From an uncultured Bacteroides sp. (GTDB lineage Bacteria > Bacteroidota > Bacteroidia > Bacteroidales > Bacteroidaceae), in contig OZ223290.1 in NCBI GenBank assembly GCA_965140635.1, forward strand, positions 431 to 64,430: a DNA stretch of 64,000 nt. The letters are read 5' to 3'. The notes beneath the pieces were generated by a model. It ran no database searches. It saw only the letters and a list, made by a program, of their open reading frames with translations, and was not told the origin of the DNA. A program made the position numbers and the translations under genes. Below, one piece after another: positions 21,179-32,663 of this stretch. Positions within the stretch are counted from its first letter, which is position 1. The number at the start of each line of letters is the position of its first letter.

Positions 21179-22588
21179 ATGATTGAAAAGAATCATGTCG
21201 GATTGTGGAACCGCTGTCTTCAAGTTATACGAGACAATGTTCCGGAAACGACTTATAATACTTGGTTTGTACCTATTGTTCCCTTAAAATATGAGGACAA
21301 AACATTAACAGTACAAGTTCCTAGTCAATTCTTTTATGAATTTATAGAAGATAAATTTGTAGATCTGCTTCGTGCTACCTTATACAAAGTTATAGGTGAA
21401 GGTACAAAGTTGATGTATAATGTCATGGTTGATAAGAGTTCAAAAACAACGGTTAACCTAGAAGCAACAAACCGCTCAACTGCTATTCCTCAAAAAAACA
21501 CTATTCGTAACGGGAATAAAGCTCCTAACATATTACAAGCGCCAGCTCCTCAAGATCTAGATCCACAACTTAATCCTGACTATAATTTCGAAAGCTTTAT
21601 CGAGGGATACAGCAACAAATTATCTAGAAGCGTAGCAGAAGCAGTAGCCCAAAACCCAGCCAAAACGGTCTTTAACCCTCTATTTATTCATGGAGCATCA
21701 GGGGTAGGCAAAACTCATTTAGCAAATGCTATTGGAACAAAGATAAAAGAGCTTTATCCCGAAAAAAGAGTTCTATACGTATCTGCACATTTGTTTCAAG
21801 TACAATACACTGATTCTGTACGCAACAATACCACCAATGATTTCATTAACTTCTATCAAACTATTGATGTACTTATCATTGATGATATACAAGAATTCGC
21901 AGGAGTAACTAAAACCCAAAACACATTCTTTCATATATTCAACCATTTACACCAGAACAACAAACAGCTTATTCTTACATCAGATCGTGCCCCTGTTTTA
22001 TTGCAAGGAGTGGAGGAGAGGCTGCTTACACGCTTTAAATGGGGAATGGTTGCTGAATTGGAAAGGCCTTCTGTTGAACTACGAAAAGATATACTAAGGA
22101 ATAAAATTCATCGAGATGGTTTGCAATTTCCACAAGAAGTTATCAATTACATTGCCGAAAATGTGAATGAAAGCGTACGCGACTTAGAAGGAATTGTTAT
22201 TTCAATCATGGCCCATTCTACTATATACAATAAAGAGATTGACCTTGATTTGGCTCAAAGAATTGTTAAAAAGGTTGTTCGTAATGAAACCAAAGCAATT
22301 ACAGTGGACGATATTATTAATATTGTATGCAAGCATTTTGAACTGACTCCTGCAATGATCCATACCAAATCGAGAAAAAGAGAAGTGGTACAGGTACGCC
22401 AAGTTGCGATGTATTTGGCAAAAAAGCATACCGATTATTCATCCTCCAAAATAGGGCAATTAATAGGGCATAAAGACCATGCAACAGTTCTACACGCTTG
22501 TAAAATAGTAAAAGATCAATGCCAGGTTGATAAAAGTTTTCACTCTGAAGTTGAAAATATAGAAAGATCTTTAAAGAAAAAAGCATAA
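21179..22588 (+). CDS. dnaA: Chromosomal replication initiator DnaA
   Basis: [16 protein letters not shown] Walker A, IIDDIQ, RLLTRF, domain [10 protein letters not shown]. Confidence 0.98.
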   Translation: MIEKNHVGLWNRCLQVIRDNVPETTYNTWFVPIVPLKYEDKTLTVQVPSQFFYEFIEDKFVDLLRATLYKVIGEGTKLMYNVMVDKSSKTTVNLEATNRSTAIPQKNTIRNGNKAPNILQAPAPQDLDPQLNPDYNFESFIEGYSNKLSRSVAEAVAQNPAKTVFNPLFIHGASGVGKTHLANAIGTKIKELYPEKRVLYVSAHLFQVQYTDSVRNNTTNDFINFYQTIDVLIIDDIQEFAGVTKTQNTFFHIFNHLHQNNKQLILTSDRAPVLLQGVEERLLTRFKWGMVAELERPSVELRKDILRNKIHRDGLQFPQEVINYIAENVNESVRDLEGIVISIMAHSTIYNKEIDLDLAQRIVKKVVRNETKAITVDDIINIVCKHFELTPAMIHTKSRKREVVQVRQVAMYLAKKHTDYSSSKIGQLIGHKDHATVLHACKIVKDQCQVDKSFHSEVENIERSLKKKA

Positions 22589-22603
22589 TCTCATTTTAAT
22601 ATA

Positions 22604-22637
22604 TAACAAGCTCAGTAAGATTTTACTGAACTTGTTA
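22604..22637. terminator. Bidirectional terminator between dnaA and nitroreductase
   Basis: TAACAAG-C-TCAGTAA-GATT-TTACTGA-A-CTTGTTA. Confidence 0.65.
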
Positions 22638-22656
22638 TTATATCTCCAATAGAGTA

Positions 22657-23400
22657 TCAATCTAGAAAACCTTGACGGCGAATAGCCCGAAACAAACTTT
22701 CTGAAGTTGCCTCGTTGATATCTTTTGTATAACGCACATCAGTAAATACCTGTGCTAAAGTTTCTTTATTATTTTCTTTCACAAAACCTAGATTTTCAAC
22801 TAATGATTCTTTATAAGTATAGATTTTATCTATATCAGAAGAAGTATAATCATGATAATATTCATTATGAATCAGTCCCTCAATAGGCAAACGATCTATT
22901 TGATTCGGCATCTCATCAGGATAACCCAAAGCTATTGTTGTAACAGGAAAAACGAGTTTCGGAAGTTCCAATGCATTAATAATCATATCTGGATTATAAG
23001 TTGTAGTACCAAGATAACAAATTCCCAATCCTTTCTCTTCTGCTATTGTACAAAAAGTTTGCGCAACCAATAAAGTATCTATCGCAGCACTCATAAATGA
23101 TTGAAAATTATTATATGAAGGAAGCGCTTTCCTAAATTCACACCATTTAGTAAAACGATTAAAATCTGCGCAAAAAGTAAGCAACACAGGAGCATTTTTC
23201 ACCATGGGTTGATTAAAATGCGCAGGAGACAATTTAAGCTTCATTTCATAATCTCGAGTCACCACAACACTGTAAACTTGCATATTACCAACAGTAGAAG
23301 CCTTAAAAGACAATTCAAGCATTTCATTTAACAATGAATCAGAAATATCTCTCTGCTGATACTTCCTTATTGTTCTTCTATTCCTTATAGATTCTAGCAT
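22657..23400 (-). CDS. Nitroreductase / NADPH-dependent flavin reductase (NfsA-like)
   Basis: RRTIRKY, STVGNMQVYS, GLGICYLG, ALGYP, RLP; ATG at 23400 preferred over the TTG start in the track. Confidence 0.9.
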   Translation of the reverse strand: MLESIRNRRTIRKYQQRDISDSLLNEMLELSFKASTVGNMQVYSVVVTRDYEMKLKLSPAHFNQPMVKNAPVLLTFCADFNRFTKWCEFRKALPSYNNFQSFMSAAIDTLLVAQTFCTIAEEKGLGICYLGTTTYNPDMIINALELPKLVFPVTTIALGYPDEMPNQIDRLPIEGLIHNEYYHDYTSSDIDKIYTYKESLVENLGFVKENNKETLAQVFTDVRYTKDINEATSESLFRAIRRQGFLD

Positions 23401-23737
23401 TCTTTTTTCTACAAATATAAGAAAAGTCTTCAAAAACAACTAATTTAGAGAATGTCTTTTCAAGTTTCAAACAAACACAAAAGAGAATTGAAACACATGT
23501 ATAAGTTTTTTAAAAAAACTTTTTGGAAAACTTTAAGTCAAGAAGTACAATCATAGTCATTTGATAATCAAATGATTACCAACAAAAAACAGAAAACTAT
23601 AATTCAAAGATCAAAATAGTACTATTAATATTTTGTAATAACCAAAAACATTTATAGCTTTGCCAACACATTTGTTAGCCATTAAGTATAACTTCTACTT
23701 TTACTTAATAATTAAAATCATATTTAGAAAAAGCATC

Positions 23738-26275
23738 GTGGAAAAGAAAATTTATTCATACGAGGAAGCCTTTGAAGAATCTTTACGATATTTTCAAGGA
23801 GATGAGTTGGCTGCAAGGGTATGGGTCAACAAATATGCAGTAAAAGATTCTTTCGGGAATATATATGAAAAGTCTCCTGAAGATATGCATTGGAGGATAG
23901 CAAAAGAAGTAGCCCGAATTGAAGCAAAATACAAAAACGGACTCAACGCCAAGGAACTTTTTGAATTGTTAGATCACTTTAAATATATTGTACCGCAAGG
24001 AAGTCCTATGACAGGAATAGGAAACAATTATCAAGTCGCTTCTTTATCGAATTGTTTCGTCATTGGCATTGACGGCTCTGCTGACTCATACGGTGCAATC
24101 ATAAAAATAGATGAAGAACAAGTACAATTAATGAAAAGACGTGGAGGCGTAGGGCATGACCTTTCGCATATTCGTCCTAAAGGATCCCCTGTAAAAAACT
24201 CTGCATTAACTTCCACCGGTATTGTACCATTCATGGAACGATACTCAAACTCGACTCGTGAAGTAGCTCAAGATGGACGAAGAGGAGCTCTCATGCTAAG
24301 CGCCTCCATCAAGCATCCAGATTCTGAAGCTTTTATTGATGCCAAAATGACCGAAGGTAAAGTTACCGGAGCCAACGTATCCGTTAAACTGGATGATGCT
24401 TTTATGACGGCAGCAACAAAAGGAGAAAAATACACTCAACAATATCCAATTGATTCAGCAAATCCTACTACAATAAAAGAAATAGACGCCTCTTCCTTAT
24501 GGAAGAAGATTGTGCACAATGCATGGAAATCGGCAGAGCCTGGAGTTCTATTTTGGGACACTATCATCAAAGAATCTGTACCCGATTGTTATGCTGACCT
24601 AGGATATAAAACAGTATCAACGAACCCATGCGGAGAAATACCTCTTTGTCCATATGACTCCTGTCGGCTTCTTGCTATCAATCTATACTCCTACGTTGTC
24701 AATCCATTCAAAAAGGAAGCCTACTTCGATTTTGAGCTATTTCAGAAGCATATTGAACTAGCTCAAAGAATAATGGACGATATTATTGATTTAGAGCTAG
24801 AAAAGATAGAGCGTATCATTGAGAAGATAGACAAAGACCCTGAAGACCAAGAAATAAAAAGAGCGGAGCGCGTTCTTTGGGAGAAAATACATAAAAAGAG
24901 TGGACAAGGTAGACGCACCGGTGTAGGTATTACTGCAGAAGGAGATATGCTTGCTGCTTTAAACTTTCGCTATGGCACAGAAGAAGCAACAGAATTTTCC
25001 GAAAAAGTTCACAAACTAGTTGCCTTAGGTGCATACCGTTCATCTGTAAAAATGGCCAAAGAGCGCGGTGCCTTTGAAATATATGATACTGAAAGAGAAA
25101 AAAAGAATCCGTTCATCAACCGCTTACGCGAGGCAGATCCTGAACTATACAACGACATGGTGAAGTACGGGAGACGCAACATAGCTTGCTTAACAATCGC
25201 CCCTACAGGAACAACCAGTTTGATGACACAGACCACTTCAGGTATTGAACCCGTATTCTTACCAGTCTACAAACGCAGAAGAAAAGTCAACCCTAATGAC
25301 ACACAAGTACATGTTGATTTTGTTGATGAAACCGGAGATGCTTTCGAAGAATATATTGTATTCCACCACAAATTTGTCACATGGATGGAAGCAAACGGTT
25401 ATAATCCATCTAAAAAATACACTCAAGAAGAAGTTGATGATCTTGTAGCTAAATCCCCCTATTATAAGGCAACATCGAACGATGTGGATTGGCTAATGAA
25501 AGTGAAAATGCAAGGAAAAATTCAGAAATGGGTTGACCACTCCATCAGTGTAACAATAAATTTACCGAATGACGTTGACGAAGATTTGGTGAATAGATTG
25601 TACGTTGAAGCTTGGAAATCAGGTTGCAAAGGGTGTACTGTTTATCGTGACGGATCAAGATCAGGTGTACTACTTGCTGCCAAATCTGACAAGAAAGAGG
25701 AACTTCCTCCTTGTAAGCCACCCACGGTAGTGGAAGTACGACCTACAGTACTAGAGGCTGATGTAGTCAGATTCCAAAATAATAAAGAAAAATGGGTTGC
25801 ATTCGTTGGATTGCTCGATGGCAGACCATATGAAATATTCACAGGTCTGCAAGATGATGATGAAGGTATATTACTACCTAAAACAGTAACTACCGGGCGA
25901 ATCATTAAGAGCGTTGATGAGAATGGTAACAAAAGATATGATTTTCAATTTCAAAATAAACGAGGATACAAAACAACCATTGAAGGCTTGTCTGAAAAGT
26001 TCAATAAAGAGTATTGGAATTATGCTAAGCTTATCTCAGGTGTGTTACGTTGGAGAATGCCTATAGAGCAAGTCATAAAGTTAGTTGGATCATTACAGCT
26101 CGACAGTGAAAACATCAATACTTGGAAAAATGGAGTAGAACGTGCCTTGAAAAAATATATTCAAGACGGGACTGAAGCTAGAGGTAAAAAATGTCCTAAC
26201 TGCGGAAACGAAACATTAGTTTATCAAGAAGGTTGTTTAATGTGTACCACCTGTGGTACATCAAGATGTGGATAA
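23738..26275 (+). CDS. nrdJ: Class II (adenosylcobalamin-dependent) ribonucleoside-diphosphate reductase
   Basis: SNCFV, TNPCGEIPLCPYDSC, TIAPTGT, GCKGCTVYRDGSR, C-terminal Zn ribbon; GTG start at 23738 because the TAGCTTTG -7 box (23655-23662) overlaps the longer start. Confidence 0.95.
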   Translation: MEKKIYSYEEAFEESLRYFQGDELAARVWVNKYAVKDSFGNIYEKSPEDMHWRIAKEVARIEAKYKNGLNAKELFELLDHFKYIVPQGSPMTGIGNNYQVASLSNCFVIGIDGSADSYGAIIKIDEEQVQLMKRRGGVGHDLSHIRPKGSPVKNSALTSTGIVPFMERYSNSTREVAQDGRRGALMLSASIKHPDSEAFIDAKMTEGKVTGANVSVKLDDAFMTAATKGEKYTQQYPIDSANPTTIKEIDASSLWKKIVHNAWKSAEPGVLFWDTIIKESVPDCYADLGYKTVSTNPCGEIPLCPYDSCRLLAINLYSYVVNPFKKEAYFDFELFQKHIELAQRIMDDIIDLELEKIERIIEKIDKDPEDQEIKRAERVLWEKIHKKSGQGRRTGVGITAEGDMLAALNFRYGTEEATEFSEKVHKLVALGAYRSSVKMAKERGAFEIYDTEREKKNPFINRLREADPELYNDMVKYGRRNIACLTIAPTGTTSLMTQTTSGIEPVFLPVYKRRRKVNPNDTQVHVDFVDETGDAFEEYIVFHHKFVTWMEANGYNPSKKYTQEEVDDLVAKSPYYKATSNDVDWLMKVKMQGKIQKWVDHSISVTINLPNDVDEDLVNRLYVEAWKSGCKGCTVYRDGSRSGVLLAAKSDKKEELPPCKPPTVVEVRPTVLEADVVRFQNNKEKWVAFVGLLDGRPYEIFTGLQDDDEGILLPKTVTTGRIIKSVDENGNKRYDFQFQNKRGYKTTIEGLSEKFNKEYWNYAKLISGVLRWRMPIEQVIKLVGSLQLDSENINTWKNGVERALKKYIQDGTEARGKKCPNCGNETLVYQEGCLMCTTCGTSRCG

Positions 26276-26293
26276 CCCAACATGCTAAAGTCA

Positions 26294-26338
26294 GTATACA
26301 TAAAAAGGAGCCCTAAAAAAGCTCCTTTTTATGTATAC
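26294..26338 (+). terminator. Intrinsic terminator after nrdJ
   Basis: 18-bp arms GTATACATAAAAAGGAGC / GCTCCTTTTTATGTATAC. Confidence 0.85.
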
Positions 26339-26460
26339 AAGAATATGCACACAAACGTTTGCACAGTATTTCAACTGACTTCAACAAACCCATCAGTACA
26401 TTATAAACAGAATCTTTTTATACTTGCAATATTATTGAGTTAATATAAAATCTAATATAT

Positions 26461-29166
26461 ATGATAGTATCATTTCATATTGAATATCGCACTAATTGGG
26501 GCGAAGACGTTAGAATTTTGGGATCAGATCCTAAATTGGGTATGAATGATCCTCACAAAGCTATAATCTTGCAGACCAAAGATGGTACCCATTGGAAGAC
26601 AGAGATAGAAATTCAATCTTTAAGAAAAAAAAAGATAGAATACTCTTATTTCATATATAAAGATAATAAAATTATACGTAAAGAGTGGAACGGATTGAAA
26701 CACAGCTTAATCCTGTCTTCTAATATTACTGAAAGAAAATATCGCATATATGACAACTGGAAAAATAGTCCTACCGATCAATATTTCTATAGCTCAGCCT
26801 TTACTCAATCATTATTATCTCACCCCAAGCAATCTGTAAAAACCCAAAATTTAAAAAAATCTTTGATAATAAAAGCCTACTCTCCTTGCATCAGCAGCGA
26901 TTATTGTTTGGGGATTTCAGGGAACCAAGAAATACTAGGAAATTGGAATGCTGACAATGCATGGATAATGAGTGACACTAATTTTCCAGAATGGATTGCA
27001 GAACTTGATGCCACAAAGATAAGCTATCCCCTAGAATATAAATTTATACTGTATAATAAAAAAAAGAAAAAAACAGAGATTTGGGAGAATAATCCTAACC
27101 GATATCTTGCTGATCCCCAGATTAATACAAATGAAACGTGTGTCATTGCAGACCGCTTTGTCTATTTTGACAGAGCAGCATGGAAAGGTGCAGGAGTAGC
27201 GATACCTATATTCTCTCTCAAGTCAGAAAATAGTTTTGGCGTAGGAGATTTTGGCGATTTAAAATTAATGATTGACTGGGCTGTGCAAACGGGACAAAAG
27301 GTAGTGCAAATATTACCGGTTAACGATACAACTATGACGCATACATGGGCTGATTCTTACCCCTATAACAGTATTTCTATCTATGCTTTCCACCCCATGT
27401 ATACTGATTTAAAACAATTAGGAACACTTCATGATCCGAAAAAGCAAGAGTATTTTCTCAAAAAACAAAAAAAACTAAACTCGCTTCTATCCCTAGATTA
27501 TGAAGCCGTAAATCAAACAAAATGGGAATATCTACAGCTCATATTTGAACAAGAAGGAGAGAAAGTTCTTAGTTCTAAAGAGTTCCATAACTTCTACAAA
27601 TCTAACAAAGAGTGGTTGCAACCTTATGCAGTATTTAGCTATTTACGAGATATCTATCATACAGCTAATTTCCGCCAATGGCCTCAACACGGTACATTTC
27701 AGAAAAAAGAAATAGAAAAATTGTGCCATCCCGACAGCCCGGCATATCCAGATATATCCATCTATTTTTACGTTCAGTTCAATCTCCATTTACAGCTACT
27801 CAAAGCTAGCCTATATGCTCGAGAAAAAGGAGTTGTTCTTAAAGGAGATATACCTATCGGCATCAGCCGGAACAGTGTTGAAGCATGGACCGAACCTTAC
27901 TATTTCAACCTTGATGGGCAGGCAGGTGCTCCACCTGACGACTTTTCCATCAATGGGCAAAACTGGGGTTTTCCGACTTACAATTGGGAAGTAATGGAAC
28001 AAGATGGTTATCAATGGTGGATGAAGCGTTTCCAAAAAATGTCAGAGTATTTCGATGCCTATCGCATTGATCATATTTTAGGATTTTTCCGAATATGGGA
28101 AATCCCCATGCATGCCGTCCATGGATTATTAGGACAATTTTCTCCCTCGCTACCCATGAGCAAGGAAGAGATAGAAAGTTATGGTTTGACATTCAACTCC
28201 CACAAGTTTCTTGAACCGTATATACATGAATATTTTCTTCCTCAAATATTTGGCACCCATACAGAATATGTGAAAAAAAACTTTATTGAAAGTACCAATA
28301 CTTGGGAAATATATCAGATGCGCCCCGAATTCAATACACAAAGAAAGGTAGAAGCTTACTTTGCTGACAAAACCGATCCAGACAGTCTTGCTATACGAGA
28401 TGGATTATATACTTTGATCAGCGATGTGCTTTTCGTTCCTGACCATAAAAATCCAAATCAATACCATCCTCGTATCGGAGTACAACATGATTTTATCTAC
28501 AGAGCCTTAAGCGATTGGGAGAAAGAAGCCTTTAATCGCTTGTATGATCACTATTTCTACCATCGACACAACGAGTTCTGGAGAGAACAAGCCATGAAAA
28601 AGCTACCTCAGTTAACCCAATCAACTCAAATGCTGGTATGTGGAGAAGACTTAGGAATGATACCAGATTGTGTAGCATGGGTGATGAATGACTTAAAAAT
28701 TTTAAGTTTGGAAATACAACGAATGCCCAAAAATCCAAGAGAAGAGTTTGGTCAACTTCAGAATTATCCCTACCAGTCTGTATGTACCATTTCAACTCAT
28801 GACATGTCTACGCTACGTGGATGGTGGGAAGAAGATTATCAACAAACGCAACGATATTTCAATCACATATTGGGTCACTATGGCAATGTTCCGTCAACAG
28901 CAACACCAGAACTATGCGAAGAGGTAGTACGAAATCACTTATATAGCAACTCCATACTATGCATCCTTGCTCTACAAGATTGGCTTTCTATTGACAAAGA
29001 GTGGTGGAGAAGCAATATTAAAGAGGAACGTATCAATATACCATCCAATCCTAAACATTACTGGCGCTATCGTACACATTTTACTCTTGAAAAACTACTA
29101 CAAGCAAATAGATTAAATACAAAAATCAAAGATTTGATAGAGAAAACAGAACGAAGTGGGAAATAA
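26461..29166 (+). CDS. malQ: 4-alpha-glucanotransferase (GH77) with N-terminal CBM20 domains
   Basis: SYPYNSIS, LKGDIPIG, GAPPDDFS..GQNWGFP, RIDHILG, GEDLG, STHD. Confidence 0.96.
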   Translation: MIVSFHIEYRTNWGEDVRILGSDPKLGMNDPHKAIILQTKDGTHWKTEIEIQSLRKKKIEYSYFIYKDNKIIRKEWNGLKHSLILSSNITERKYRIYDNWKNSPTDQYFYSSAFTQSLLSHPKQSVKTQNLKKSLIIKAYSPCISSDYCLGISGNQEILGNWNADNAWIMSDTNFPEWIAELDATKISYPLEYKFILYNKKKKKTEIWENNPNRYLADPQINTNETCVIADRFVYFDRAAWKGAGVAIPIFSLKSENSFGVGDFGDLKLMIDWAVQTGQKVVQILPVNDTTMTHTWADSYPYNSISIYAFHPMYTDLKQLGTLHDPKKQEYFLKKQKKLNSLLSLDYEAVNQTKWEYLQLIFEQEGEKVLSSKEFHNFYKSNKEWLQPYAVFSYLRDIYHTANFRQWPQHGTFQKKEIEKLCHPDSPAYPDISIYFYVQFNLHLQLLKASLYAREKGVVLKGDIPIGISRNSVEAWTEPYYFNLDGQAGAPPDDFSINGQNWGFPTYNWEVMEQDGYQWWMKRFQKMSEYFDAYRIDHILGFFRIWEIPMHAVHGLLGQFSPSLPMSKEEIESYGLTFNSHKFLEPYIHEYFLPQIFGTHTEYVKKNFIESTNTWEIYQMRPEFNTQRKVEAYFADKTDPDSLAIRDGLYTLISDVLFVPDHKNPNQYHPRIGVQHDFIYRALSDWEKEAFNRLYDHYFYHRHNEFWREQAMKKLPQLTQSTQMLVCGEDLGMIPDCVAWVMNDLKILSLEIQRMPKNPREEFGQLQNYPYQSVCTISTHDMSTLRGWWEEDYQQTQRYFNHILGHYGNVPSTATPELCEEVVRNHLYSNSILCILALQDWLSIDKEWWRSNIKEERINIPSNPKHYWRYRTHFTLEKLLQANRLNTKIKDLIEKTERSGK

Positions 29167-29269
29167 ATCTCTCTACCAAAAGAAAAAATTCTAGATGAAT
29201 GCAAAGAAAGAAATCAGTTATTCCAAACTATTTTTATCTTTGCATTTATATCTATTATAAAAATACGTA

Positions 29270-29638
29270 ATGAAAACCAGTACTACTATTTTCCTCGAAA
29301 ATCTTGTATTCTATGCCTATCATGGAGTTTTGCCACAAGAGAGAACAGTGGGCAATACATTTATCATAAACCTTAGCGTGAAAGGTGACTTTTTGAAAGC
29401 TATAGAGACAGACCAGATAGAAGATAGTATAAGCTACGCAGACATATATGAAGTTGTTAAACAAGAAATGAATATTCCTTCGAAACTCCTCGAACATGCT
29501 TGCGGTCGTATCGTAAAGGCTCTATTTCGAGAATTCCCTAGCATTGAAGAGATTAGATTAAAGTTATCTAAAAACAATCCTCCGATGGGAGCTGATATAG
29601 ATTCCGCAGGCATTGAAATGTTATCACTAAGAGAGTAA
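29270..29638 (+). CDS. folB: Dihydroneopterin aldolase
   Basis: YAYHGVLPQER, SISYADIY, LLEH. Confidence 0.95.
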   Translation: MKTSTTIFLENLVFYAYHGVLPQERTVGNTFIINLSVKGDFLKAIETDQIEDSISYADIYEVVKQEMNIPSKLLEHACGRIVKALFREFPSIEEIRLKLSKNNPPMGADIDSAGIEMLSLRE

Positions 29639-29648
29639 AAAAACTAAT

Positions 29649-29695
29649 ATATTAATAAAAAAGAGGCTGCAAAACAGTCTCTTTTTTATTAATAT
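29649..29695. terminator. Bidirectional terminator between folB and asnS
   Basis: 21-bp arms ATATTAATAAAAAAGAGGCTG / CAGTCTCTTTTTTATTAATAT, 5-nt loop, one G:U pair. Confidence 0.85.
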
Positions 29696-29710
29696 CCTAT
29701 TTAATGAAGC

Positions 29711-31114
29711 TTAAAAATCAGCATTACGAGGTGTACGAGGGAAAGGAATTACATCACGGATATTAGTCATACCCGTAACAAATAGCAATAAACGTTCAAA
29801 TCCTAGTCCAAAGCCCGAATGAGGCGCAGTACCAAAACGACGAGTATCCAAATACCACCAAATATCTTTTGAAGGAACCCCCATTTCATCAGCTCGTTGA
29901 CACAACTTATCATAATTCTCTTCACGTTGAGATCCCCCAATAATTTCTCCAATTTTCGGAAAAAGTACATCCATAGCACGAACAGTTTTTCCATCTTCAT
30001 TCTGCTTCATATAGAATGATTTTATCTCTTTAGGATAATCTGTAAGAATAACCGGAGAATTGAAATGTTCCTCAACCAAATAACGTTCATGTTCGGAAGC
30101 TAAATCAGCTCCCCAGAAAATAGGGAACTCAAATTTATGGCCTTTAGCAACAGCTTCTTCAAGTATTTTAACTCCTTCTGTATATGCCAAACGAACAAAG
30201 TCATGAGAAACAACAAACTTCAAACGCTCAATCAATTCTTTATCAAACATATCATTCAGGAATTTAATATCATCCATACAATGATCCAAAGCCCACTGCA
30301 CACAAAATTTAATAAAATCTTCAGCTAGATCCATATTCTCCCCTATCTCATTAAACGCAACTTCCGGTTCAATCATCCAGAATTCTGCTAAATGCCTAGG
30401 AGTATTAGAATTTTCCGCACGGAAAGTTGGACCAAAAGTATAGATAGAACCTAAAGACATTGCTGCAAGCTCCCCTTCGAGCTGTCCCGAAACCGTAAGA
30501 CTAGCTTGCTTTCCAAAAAAATCGTTATCATAATCAATAGCTCCATCCTCAGTTTTTTTGAGATCGTACAAATTCATTGTAGTCACTTGAAACATCTGCC
30601 CAGCTCCTTCACAATCAGAAGCCGTAATGATAGGAGTATGAAAATAGAAGAAACCACGTTGATGAAAAAAAGTATGAATAGCAATAGCCATATTATGGCG
30701 AATACGAAAGACGGCACCAAAAGTATTCGTTCGAGGACGAAGATGAGCCACTTCTCTTAAAAATTCAAGTGAATGACCTTTCTTTTGCAACGGATATGTA
30801 TTATCACAAGCGCCCAATACCTCAATATCCTGAGCTATGACTTCTACTTTCTGTCCAGATCCTACCGATTCAGCAAGCATACCATTAACGCTAAGACATG
30901 CACCAGTAGTAATTAACTTCAGCATCTCTTCATCAAACTTAGTTAAATCAGCAACTATCTGTACATTGTTTATTGTAGAACCATCATTTAATGCAATAAA
31001 ATTAATCTGTTTGCTACCTCTGCGAGTACGTACCCATCCTTTTACATTAACCATAACACCAAAGTCATCCCGCTTTAGCAAGTCAACAACTTTTGTTCTA
31101 CCTATTTTTTCCAT
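29711..31114 (-). CDS. asnS: Asparagine--tRNA ligase
   Basis: [50 protein letters not shown]; ATG at 31114 (MEKIG). Confidence 0.97.
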   Translation of the reverse strand: MEKIGRTKVVDLLKRDDFGVMVNVKGWVRTRRGSKQINFIALNDGSTINNVQIVADLTKFDEEMLKLITTGACLSVNGMLAESVGSGQKVEVIAQDIEVLGACDNTYPLQKKGHSLEFLREVAHLRPRTNTFGAVFRIRHNMAIAIHTFFHQRGFFYFHTPIITASDCEGAGQMFQVTTMNLYDLKKTEDGAIDYDNDFFGKQASLTVSGQLEGELAAMSLGSIYTFGPTFRAENSNTPRHLAEFWMIEPEVAFNEIGENMDLAEDFIKFCVQWALDHCMDDIKFLNDMFDKELIERLKFVVSHDFVRLAYTEGVKILEEAVAKGHKFEFPIFWGADLASEHERYLVEEHFNSPVILTDYPKEIKSFYMKQNEDGKTVRAMDVLFPKIGEIIGGSQREENYDKLCQRADEMGVPSKDIWWYLDTRRFGTAPHSGFGLGFERLLLFVTGMTNIRDVIPFPRTPRNADF

Positions 31115-31194
31115 AAACCGATTATATATATTTGTTATATATAACAACAAAGAGTGAAATTTCACTCTTTGTTGCCTATTATTTCTATTTGCTG

Positions 31195-32583
31195 TTATTC
31201 AAAAGATCCCATTCTAAGGAAATTAACCTCTTGTTCAGAAAGATAACGCCATTCTCCTCTGCGAAGACCTTTCTTTGTCAATCCCGCAAAATAAACACGA
31301 TCAAGCTTTGTCACCTTATAGCCCAACGACTCAAAGATACGACGTACAATACGGTTCTTACCCGAATGGATTTCAATACCAACCTGGTTACGCTTCACCT
31401 CATCAGAGTAGTTGATCGCATCAGCCTTTATCTCTCCATCCTCCAGCTCAATACCTGCTGCTATCTGATCCATATCATGCTTAGTCACATTTTTATCAGC
31501 ATATACATGATATATTTTTTTCTTTAAGAACTTAGGATGCGTCAATTTTGAGGCCAAATCACCATCATTAGTAAGTAATAATACCCCCGTAGTATTACGA
31601 TCCAGTCGACCAACAGGATAGATACGTTCATCACAAGCGCCTTTTACTAAATCCAACACCGTCAAGCGAGATTGAGGATCATCAGAAGTAGTTACACAGT
31701 CTTTGGGTTTATTCAATAACACATAAACCTTACGCTCTATAGAAACCGATTCCTCATGAAACTTCACGATATCAGAACGTTTAACCTTCGTACCCAATTC
31801 CGTTACAACTTCTCCATTAACAGAAACCACTCCTGCAGTGATAAATTCATCAGCTTCACGACGAGAGCACACCCCTGCATTAGCCAAATATTTATTCAGA
31901 CGTATTGGTTCATTAGGATCAATAAACTGTTCCTTGTATTCTATCTGTTTTTTCCTACTATATTTAGCATTAGCATCATAGTCATCAGTACGGCGACGTA
32001 TCGGACGCGAGAAGCCACCTTGACCTCTGTTCCCATCAGAGTTAAATCTAGGGCGAGACGGGCGACTGTTATAACCTTCTCCCCTCCCGTACGATGAATT
32101 ACTATTTCCATAATTCGAGTTAGAACGATTACCTTGCCAAGGTTTACGCTCCTCATTATTGTTAGGACGCCAAGGGCGATCTTCTCTATTATAAGAACGT
32201 TCCGGACGGTCATTTCCTCCTGAGCGATTAATTCTAGGACGATAAGGGCGATCAGAATTATCTCTGTTATCCCTATTAAAAGAAGGACGGTAAGGACGAT
32301 CAGTACTATCCCTATTATCTCTATTGAAGGACGGTCTATAAGGACGAGACGATCCCTCTCTGTTAAAGTTACGAGAATCTTGATAACCATTATTATCGGA
32401 ATGTTCCGGACGATTATATGGGCGTCTTTGTTGCCCTTCACGATCATAATTCCCTTGTTTATTGAAAGAAGGTCTCGTTATTATTCGGCGATTTTCTCTA
32501 TTAAAATTTCTCTCACCATCACGGCCGGCGTCTCTCTTGTCCTCGTTTAGATTTTCACGCCAATTTTCATTTTCTGTGTTCAT
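31195..32583 (-). CDS. rluB: rRNA pseudouridine synthase (RluB/RsuA family) with long disordered N-terminus
   Basis: S4 domain [18 protein letters not shown], catalytic GRLDRNTTG; ATG at 32583 (MNTENE). Confidence 0.9.
   Translation of the reverse strand: MNTENENWRENLNEDKRDAGRDGERNFNRENRRIITRPSFNKQGNYDREGQQRRPYNRPEHSDNNGYQDSRNFNREGSSRPYRPSFNRDNRDSTDRPYRPSFNRDNRDNSDRPYRPRINRSGGNDRPERSYNREDRPWRPNNNEERKPWQGNRSNSNYGNSNSSYGRGEGYNSRPSRPRFNSDGNRGQGGFSRPIRRRTDDYDANAKYSRKKQIEYKEQFIDPNEPIRLNKYLANAGVCSRREADEFITAGVVSVNGEVVTELGTKVKRSDIVKFHEESVSIERKVYVLLNKPKDCVTTSDDPQSRLTVLDLVKGACDERIYPVGRLDRNTTGVLLLTNDGDLASKLTHPKFLKKKIYHVYADKNVTKHDMDQIAAGIELEDGEIKADAINYSDEVKRNQVGIEIHSGKNRIVRRIFESLGYKVTKLDRVYFAGLTKKGLRRGEWRYLSEQEVNFLRMGSFE
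32224..32346 (-). repeat. In-frame 48-nt (16-aa) tandem repeat, about 2.5 copies, within rluB
   Basis: [16 protein letters not shown] / [16 protein letters not shown] / RPYRPRINR. Confidence 0.85.
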
Positions 32584-32663
32584 TTTTATTTTTATAAAAA
32601 GTTTAATTAATACTGGCCTCACGGCCCGATTTGTAACACCAATTGCAAAAAAATAAAAGATTG

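Noticed and set aside
23401-23737. Cobalamin riboswitch or NrdR boxes upstream of the class II RNR
   Set aside because: The leader after the -7 box is short and AT-rich, with no recognisable B12-box core or tandem NrdR boxes.
23660-23737. Longer N-termini given in the ORF track for nrdJ (also nitroreductase, asnS, rluB and the OM barrel)
   Set aside because: The extensions overlap promoter elements or precede the recognisable family start, so downstream starts were used.
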